Positions 32,824-37,568 of a DNA stretch of 37,568 nt are shown here, piece after piece. The stretch comes from a virus. Lineage: Duplodnaviria; Caudoviricetes. A model generated the notes under the pieces. It was not told the origin of the DNA. It was given only the letters and a program-made list of their open reading frames with translations, and searched no databases. Location: positions 1 to 37,568 of IMG/VR virus record IMGVR_UViG_3300048599_000067, one strand, 5' to 3'. A program made the position numbers and the translations under genes. How positions within the stretch are numbered: position 1 is the stretch's first letter; every line of letters starts with the position of its first letter.

Positions 32824-33008
32824 CAGAACGTCACCGCTCCGGCGTCGGCCGTGCGAGGGTCGGGGCCTGCCTCGAACCGATCTGCGAGCTTGTCCGCTTC
32901 GGCGAGGAACGCGGCGATCTGCTCGTCGTCGTCCGGTTCGTCCCGCACGTAGTCGTCCAGGACCGCGCGCTGCCAGTCGAGGAACACGTCGTTCGCCATG
33001 CTGCTCAT
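32823..33008 (-). CDS. 61-aa acidic hypothetical protein
   Basis: Start/stop overlaps at both ends. Confidence 0.6.
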   Translation of the reverse strand: MSSMANDVFLDWQRAVLDDYVRDEPDDDEQIAAFLAEADKLADRFEAGPDPRTADAGAVTF

Positions 33009-33112
33009 CGCGCACCCCGGCAGATCCGGCCCAGCACGGCAAGGAAAAGGACCGCGGCGACGAACCCCCACAGCAGATCCAGCCCGCTCAAGGCGAGCAC
33101 CAGGCCAGTCAC
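33005..33112 (-). CDS. 35-aa membrane peptide
   Basis: Hydrophobic; GTGA and ATGA overlaps. Confidence 0.5.
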   Translation of the reverse strand: MTGLVLALSGLDLLWGFVAAVLFLAVLGRICRGAR

Positions 33113-33351
33113 TTCTGGGCCGCCATGATCGCTGTGGCCGCCTCGCCGAGCGTGGCGAAGCTGGCGTCGAGGACCGTCGTGTAACCCTGCCCGTCGATGT
33201 GGCGGCTGCCGAGGGCATGAAACTCGCCGTCGTACCGGTAGATCAGGCCCTGGTAGCGGCCGGCGGCGTTGGCCACTTCCCATTGGGTCGCGGTCAGGAT
33301 GGGTGTCCCGGGACTCGCGGCGGTGGGGTCGATGGTGATGGTGGTGCTCAT
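33109..33351 (-). CDS. 80-aa hypothetical protein
   Basis: Strong GAAAGGAAG RBS, GC3-rich codons. Confidence 0.8.
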   Translation of the reverse strand: MSTTITIDPTAASPGTPILTATQWEVANAAGRYQGLIYRYDGEFHALGSRHIDGQGYTTVLDASFATLGEAATAIMAAQK

Positions 33352-33429
33352 GGGTAGGCTTCCTTTCGTTCTCGGGGTGCCCCTCGGCTTGCTGGCTGGT
33401 GGGGGTGCCCCGGTTCGTTGTTTGGTGGG

Positions 33430-33642
33430 CTAGGCGGCCTGGTACTGGCGGGCGATCCACGCCTCGACGTCGCTGCGCTTGTAGGCGACTCGGCGGGGGC
33501 CGAGTTTGAAGCTGCGGGGGCCGATGTGTTCGTGCGGCTGCGCGTGCACGTTCAGGTGCCGCCAGTAGCGGAGGGTGCCGAGCGGGAGCTTCGTGAGTGC
33601 TGCGACCTCGGCGGTCGTCAGGATCTCGTCGTCGTTGGTCAT
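33430..33642 (-). CDS. xis: Excisionase / AlpA-type winged HTH
   Basis: LTTAEVA...GTLRYWRH...GPRSFKLG.RRVAY.RSDVEAWI. Confidence 0.85.
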   Translation of the reverse strand: MTNDDEILTTAEVAALTKLPLGTLRYWRHLNVHAQPHEHIGPRSFKLGPRRVAYKRSDVEAWIARQYQAA

Positions 33643-34172
33643 TTCGGCTCCGGGACCGGGACGATCCCTCCCTTGGGGCTACTGACACGAAGCAGCCGGA
33701 GGCTCTTTCCCGCGCGGCGCGCGTTCCATGCTCGGTAGATCACCGACAGGCACTCGGTCCGAGGGTCGTGGTGCTCGACCTCAGCGACCACCACGCCGTT
33801 GGCGGTGGCGATCCGGCCAGTCTCAGGTGTCCGGTGACCGGACACCTGAGACCTGATCTCGGAGACCTGCGACTTGCCGAGACCAACGACCGGTGCGATT
33901 GCGCGCACGCTCATGCCCTGCGCGGAGAGCAGCCCGACGACTTGCTGTCGGACGGACGCCGCCAGCCCCTCAGCAGGCTTGAACTCGGCGCTCGCGTACT
34001 CAGCCCACGAGCCGTAGCCAAGAGCGAGATCAGCACGGCGTTCGTATGCTTCCCCCACCCGCTCGGCGAGGTCTGCCCACGAGGTTGAGAAGCGGTCCAG
34101 CGCCGTGCGGATGCGCTCGGTGATCCGGCGAGCCTCGTCGGCGGTCATCGGTTCGGTGGCGGTGATGGTCAT
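33639..34172 (-). CDS. HTH DNA-binding protein
   Basis: EARRITERIR, ALGYGSWAEY, GMSVRAIAPVVGLGKSQVS. Confidence 0.75.
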   Translation of the reverse strand: MTITATEPMTADEARRITERIRTALDRFSTSWADLAERVGEAYERRADLALGYGSWAEYASAEFKPAEGLAASVRQQVVGLLSAQGMSVRAIAPVVGLGKSQVSEIRSQVSGHRTPETGRIATANGVVVAEVEHHDPRTECLSVIYRAWNARRAGKSLRLLRVSSPKGGIVPVPEPK

Positions 34173-34411
34173 GCCACGCGCTTCCGCTCAAGCACGACGA
34201 CCGGACAGTTGAGCACGCTGGCCATGCGCTGGATCACGTCAGGGGTGGCGTTCCTGGTTCCCTTGAGCATCTCCGAGACGAGCGACTGACTCTTGCCGAT
34301 GGCTGCCGCGAATTCCTTTTGCTTCAACCCCGACTTGTCGAGCGCGTACTGAAGTGCCTCGGGGTCGTGATCAAGGGGGCTCATGCGATGCCCTCGGGGG
34401 ATGTTCACCAT
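34169..34411 (-). CDS. Cro-like XRE HTH regulator
   Basis: GLKQKEFAAAIGKSQSLVSEMLKGTR; divergent from the repressor; start may instead be 34384. Confidence 0.85.
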   Translation of the reverse strand: MVNIPRGHRMSPLDHDPEALQYALDKSGLKQKEFAAAIGKSQSLVSEMLKGTRNATPDVIQRMASVLNCPVVVLERKRVA

Positions 34412-34412
34412 G

Positions 34413-34571
34413 TACGCAACCGTACTGCGAATGACTGCGAACTGCAAGCAATACGCACGAACATGCTGCGTACTATCGGTTCACAAGGTGCGATCCTGAA
34501 CTACAGTCGTGAGATTGCGAAGATCGGCGCAGCGTGCGGCACTCGCGTTCGCACAAGTTCGCGTGCATGCT
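34413..34571. promoter_or_regulatory. Lysis-lysogeny switch: divergent promoters and operator half-sites
   Basis: Minus-strand TTGCAG-N17-TACGGT (34447-34419); plus-strand -10-like CATGCT (34566-34571); repeated TWCGCA/TGCGWA. Confidence 0.65.
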
Positions 34572-34578
34572 GGGAGAC

Positions 34579-35124
34579 ATGGAGAAGCCGACACCACCGC
34601 CCGAGGCGCACCTACTACGTCAGGCCATCAAGCGGTCTGGGATGAGCCAGAGGCGGGTCGCCGCGCTTGCCGAGATGTCCGAAGGTCGACTGCGACAGAT
34701 CATCAACGGGTATGCCTCAGTTGGCGCTGGTCAGTTCGTTGCCGTGAGCGCGCCGGACCTAACGCTCGCACGCATCGCAGACGTGCTGAACCTCACCCAG
34801 GACGATCTCAGCGCTGCTGGGAGGGGTGGCGCTGCGGTCGAGCTGTACGAGATTCAGGGTCAGCGATACGCCGGCCAGTGGCCCGATGATGGCGTTGAAG
34901 CGGAGATCAGGGCTGCCCGGCCCGGCGCACAGTTGAGCGACCGCGAACTGATCGAAGAACTCGATCGAAGGCTGGCGGAACGGGCGGCTCGTCTGAATAC
35001 AGCACAACAGGAGAAAGGCGGTAGTGATGATGCTGGCGACGCTGAGGCTGAGAAGACGCTAGGCCCAGGGGCCGAGTGGCCGCGCGCGGCCCGCGAGGGC
35101 GACGTCCCGAAAGCCGACGACTGA
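34579..35124 (+). CDS. Immunity repressor (XRE HTH)
   Basis: GMSQRRVAALAEMSEGRLRQIING, TLARIADVL, SDRELIEEL.RR; upstream of the ImmA-like gene. Confidence 0.88.
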   Translation: MEKPTPPPEAHLLRQAIKRSGMSQRRVAALAEMSEGRLRQIINGYASVGAGQFVAVSAPDLTLARIADVLNLTQDDLSAAGRGGAAVELYEIQGQRYAGQWPDDGVEAEIRAARPGAQLSDRELIEELDRRLAERAARLNTAQQEKGGSDDAGDAEAEKTLGPGAEWPRAAREGDVPKADD

Positions 35125-35156
35125 CCTGTCAGAGCGGCCCGGCATGATCTCTCACC

Positions 35157-35555
35157 ATGGAGGGGGATCTGCCGGACGGCTGGAGATTGCAGTACCGGCC
35201 ACTGCCGGGGCGCCTACTGGGCGAGACCGTGTGGCCGACGATGACCATCACTATCGACCCGCGCTGCCCAGCCGCCTCACAACGCTGCACTCTGCAGCAC
35301 GAGCTGATCCACATCGAACGGGGACCCGTCCCGCGTGACGCCGTGCTTGCGGCCCGCGAGGACCTGGCCGTGGAGAAAGCCGCGGCGCGCCGGCTGATCG
35401 GCGTCAGGGGGCTCGGCGAGGCACTGGCGGAGTCCGATCATCTGGGGCACGTGGCGGAACTGCTGCACGTCGACCCCGACACCCTTACCGTGAGACTCAA
35501 CCACCTGCATCCCGCCGAACGGGCCTACCTGAAGAACCGACTGGAGAACCGATGA
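35157..35555 (+). CDS. ImmA/IrrE-family metallopeptidase
   Basis: RCTLQHELIHIERG (HExxH), AARRLI, VAELLHV..TL.VRL. Confidence 0.88.
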   Translation: MEGDLPDGWRLQYRPLPGRLLGETVWPTMTITIDPRCPAASQRCTLQHELIHIERGPVPRDAVLAAREDLAVEKAAARRLIGVRGLGEALAESDHLGHVAELLHVDPDTLTVRLNHLHPAERAYLKNRLENR

Positions 35556-36085
35556 ACCGAACCCTCGCGACCGCGGCCGCCTGCCTGATGCTCGCTGGCT
35601 GCTCAGCCCCGCCTGCGGCGTCGCCGGTCGCAAGCGTCAGCCCGACAGCAACCAGCACTGAGTCATCTGCGGCGCCGACCCCGACGCCGAGCGACTCGAC
35701 CCTGAATCTGGGCGACACCGCCGACCTCGCGGCCGGGGCCATCACGGTGCAGGCCCTGCAACTGAAGGTGATGAAGAACAGCGACCGGGACAACCCCGCC
35801 ATGGCCGCACTGATCAAGATGTGCAACGTCTCCAACCCAGACCCGATCGGGCCGAGTTGGGACCCCTGGTCGCTGGTCGATGCCGAGTCGGGCCAGTTCA
35901 CTGCCTCCACCGAGACGTACACCTACGACCCGAAGCCGCAGTACCCGTTCATCGTGGGCGACCGCAAGCTGAACACCGGCGACTGCGCCAAGGGCTGGGT
36001 TGTGTTCGAGGTCGAGAAGAGCACGAAGGTCGCCACCATCGAGTACGACAACGAAGCCGGTGACCACCTTGAATGGCGCGTGTAG
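35552..36085 (+). CDS. Lipoprotein (DUF4352-like), possible superinfection exclusion
   Basis: Lipobox LAGC, Ser/Thr/Pro linker, GDCAKGWVVFEV. Confidence 0.8.
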   Translation: MNRTLATAAACLMLAGCSAPPAASPVASVSPTATSTESSAAPTPTPSDSTLNLGDTADLAAGAITVQALQLKVMKNSDRDNPAMAALIKMCNVSNPDPIGPSWDPWSLVDAESGQFTASTETYTYDPKPQYPFIVGDRKLNTGDCAKGWVVFEVEKSTKVATIEYDNEAGDHLEWRV

Positions 36086-36281
36086 CCCACATGACCTGCT
36101 CGCCTCAGCGTTGCGGCGGGACTGGGCCGACCTGGCAGTGGAGACGGGCCTGAGCCCGACGCGGCTCGCGCAGATGGCCGTGCGAGCCATTGACGACCCC
36201 GAGGTGATCGCCGCGCACCCGGTGGAGTGCCGGCTGCTGGCGGACCGCAGGGACACCGCGAGGGCGGAAAGGACAGCCTGA
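36069..36281 (+). CDS. Small DUF3263-like protein (start uncertain)
   Basis: GLSPTRLAQM..RAIDDPEVIAAHPVECRLL; stop overlaps the integrase ATG; only TTG starts are in frame. Confidence 0.45.
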   Translation: MNGACSPHDLLASALRRDWADLAVETGLSPTRLAQMAVRAIDDPEVIAAHPVECRLLADRRDTARAERTA

Positions 36282-37414
36282 TGGCGAGCATCCATAGGCG
36301 AGTGTCGCCCCGCACCGGCGCGGTGTCGTGGCAGGTGAAGTACCGCACCGCCGAGGGCAAGGCCAGGTCTTCGACCTTCACCGCGAAGACGACCGCGCAG
36401 CGATTCAAGCGGCAGGTGGAGACCGCGAAAGATGCCGGCACGCTGATCGACCCGCAGTTGGCCGAGGTGACGGTGGCTGACTGGTGCGACCGGTGGCTCG
36501 CCGGCAAAGCGAACCTGACCCCATCGACCCGCGACCGGTACGAGGGGGCGATCCGGGCCCACATCAGGCCGCGGTGGGACGCGACGAAGCTCGCCGATCT
36601 GCGCCACGAGGCCGTGCAGGAATGGCTCAACGGCATCGACCGCGAGCCGGCCACCGTCCGCAAGGTCCACCGGGTACTGTCCCAGGCCCTCGACTACGCG
36701 GTGAAGGCTGGGCGGCTGTCCCGCAACCCGGCCAAGGGCGTGTCCCTGCCCAGGGTGGCGCACCGCGAGATGCGCTTCCTGACGCACGACCAGGTGGACG
36801 AGCTGTCCGGCGCGGTGGGGGAGTGGTGGCGACTACTGGTTCTGGTCCTCGGCTACACGGGTCTGCGTTGGGGTGAGGTGGCGGCGTTGCGGGTGTCGCG
36901 GCTGGACGTGACGCGCCGGCGGATCGTGGTGTCCGAGTCGGTGACCCCGGTGAAGGGCGTGATGGTGTGGGGTGCGCCGAAGACGCACGAGCGGCGCGAG
37001 GTGCCGCTGCCCCGGTTCTTGGCGGGGGAGCTCGAGGCGCACGTCGCCGGGAAGGGTCCAGGCGATCTGGTGTTCACCGGCCCGAGGGGCGCGGTGTTGC
37101 GCGCGCGGGTGTTCCAGCGGGCTGCGCTCACCGAGGCGGCTAAGTCGGTCGGGGTGCCGGGGTTCCATCCGCACGAGTTCCGGCATACGGCGGCCTCGCT
37201 GGCGATCGCTTCGGGCGCGGATGTGAAGGTGGTGCAGCAGATGCTTGGCCACAAGTCGGCGACGATGACGCTGGACTTGTACGGTCATTTGTTCCCGGAC
37301 CGTCTGGACGTGGTCGCGGATGCGTTGGAGAGTGCCCGGAAGGATGCTCTCGCGGCTCGTGTTCCCAAATCGTTCCCCAGCCCGGGTGGGGTCGGGGGTG
37401 GTCTGGCCGCGTGA
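36281..37414 (+). CDS. int: Tyrosine integrase
   Basis: TGLRWGE, PKT, HEFRH, LGH, LYGH catalytic set; N-terminal arm-binding region; adjacent to att. Confidence 0.97.
   Translation: MASIHRRVSPRTGAVSWQVKYRTAEGKARSSTFTAKTTAQRFKRQVETAKDAGTLIDPQLAEVTVADWCDRWLAGKANLTPSTRDRYEGAIRAHIRPRWDATKLADLRHEAVQEWLNGIDREPATVRKVHRVLSQALDYAVKAGRLSRNPAKGVSLPRVAHREMRFLTHDQVDELSGAVGEWWRLLVLVLGYTGLRWGEVAALRVSRLDVTRRRIVVSESVTPVKGVMVWGAPKTHERREVPLPRFLAGELEAHVAGKGPGDLVFTGPRGAVLRARVFQRAALTEAAKSVGVPGFHPHEFRHTAASLAIASGADVKVVQQMLGHKSATMTLDLYGHLFPDRLDVVADALESARKDALAARVPKSFPSPGGVGGGLAA
37361..37377 (+). promoter_or_regulatory. Putative integrase arm-type binding site pair (within the int 3' end)
   Basis: Exact 17-bp repeat of 222-238. 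Confidence 0.7.
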
Positions 37415-37441
37415 TTCCCGGCGTGACAAGCCGGGATGGTG

Positions 37442-37517
37442 TGGCATCCCCAACGGGATTCGAACCCGCGCTGCCGCCTTGAAAGGGCGGTGTCCTAGGC
37501 CGCTAGACGATGGGGAC
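37442..37517 (-). tRNA. tRNA-Glu (TTC), intact; the 3' 46 nt form the right att core
   Basis: GTCCCCATCGTCTAGCGGCCTAGGACACCGCCCTTTCAAGGCGGCAGCGCGGGTTCGAATCCCGTTGGGGATGCCA: cloverleaf, TTC anticodon, GTTCGAATC T-loop, encoded CCA. Confidence 0.97.
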
Positions 37518-37568
37518 CTGACGCGTCACTATACAGGTCGCCACGCAGTGCCTGAGCCTCAGAACGGC

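Larger units (their letters stand above)
82..37487. mobile_element. Complete temperate siphovirus prophage integrated in tRNA-Glu
   Basis: 46-bp direct repeats matching the tRNA 3' end at both boundaries, adjacent tyrosine integrase, and a full lysogeny/replication/packaging/head/tail/lysis gene set in canonical order. Confidence 0.97.

Noticed and set aside
1568-33357. Numerous long plus-strand and alternate-frame ORFs overlapping minus-strand genes
   Set aside because: Typical shadow ORFs of high-GC DNA: Arg/Pro/Gly-rich, no motifs or RBS, and opposite well-supported genes
34579-37487. Integration-dependent immunity (attP inside the repressor gene, BPs-type)
   Set aside because: The att core lies downstream of int, more than 2 kb from the intact repressor gene

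Overview
The window is essentially one complete temperate siphovirus prophage (82-37487) of a high-GC actinobacterium. It is integrated in the 3' half of a tRNA-Glu(TTC) gene, with a 46-bp att core at 82-127 and 37442-37487 and the intact tRNA on the minus strand at 37442-37517. From the right end, the plus strand carries the lysogeny module (repressor, ImmA-like protease, lipoprotein, tyrosine integrase). The minus strand carries the early operon (Cro, Xis, PD-(D/E)XK nuclease, gp3-like protein, DnaQ, beta clamp, RuvC-like resolvase, two DNA methyltransferases, replication initiator) and then the late operon (terminase, portal, capsid, tail, lysis). Small plus-strand accessory genes sit next to the left att. 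The most unusual features are: (1) an apparently exact 1147-bp tandem duplication of terS plus the 5' half of terL, shaped like an end-joined, terminally redundant headful genome (or an assembly artefact); (2) a ~177-nt structured non-coding element in front of the scaffold gene, plus recurring CAGG-loop RNA hairpins in late-gene leaders; (3) an endolysin fused to an intact EEP phosphodiesterase-type domain; (4) a LexA-box-controlled gene beside the integrase arm site; (5) a helicase-methyltransferase lacking its second helicase lobe. All assignments come from motif recognition and synteny by eye; no database searches were run.
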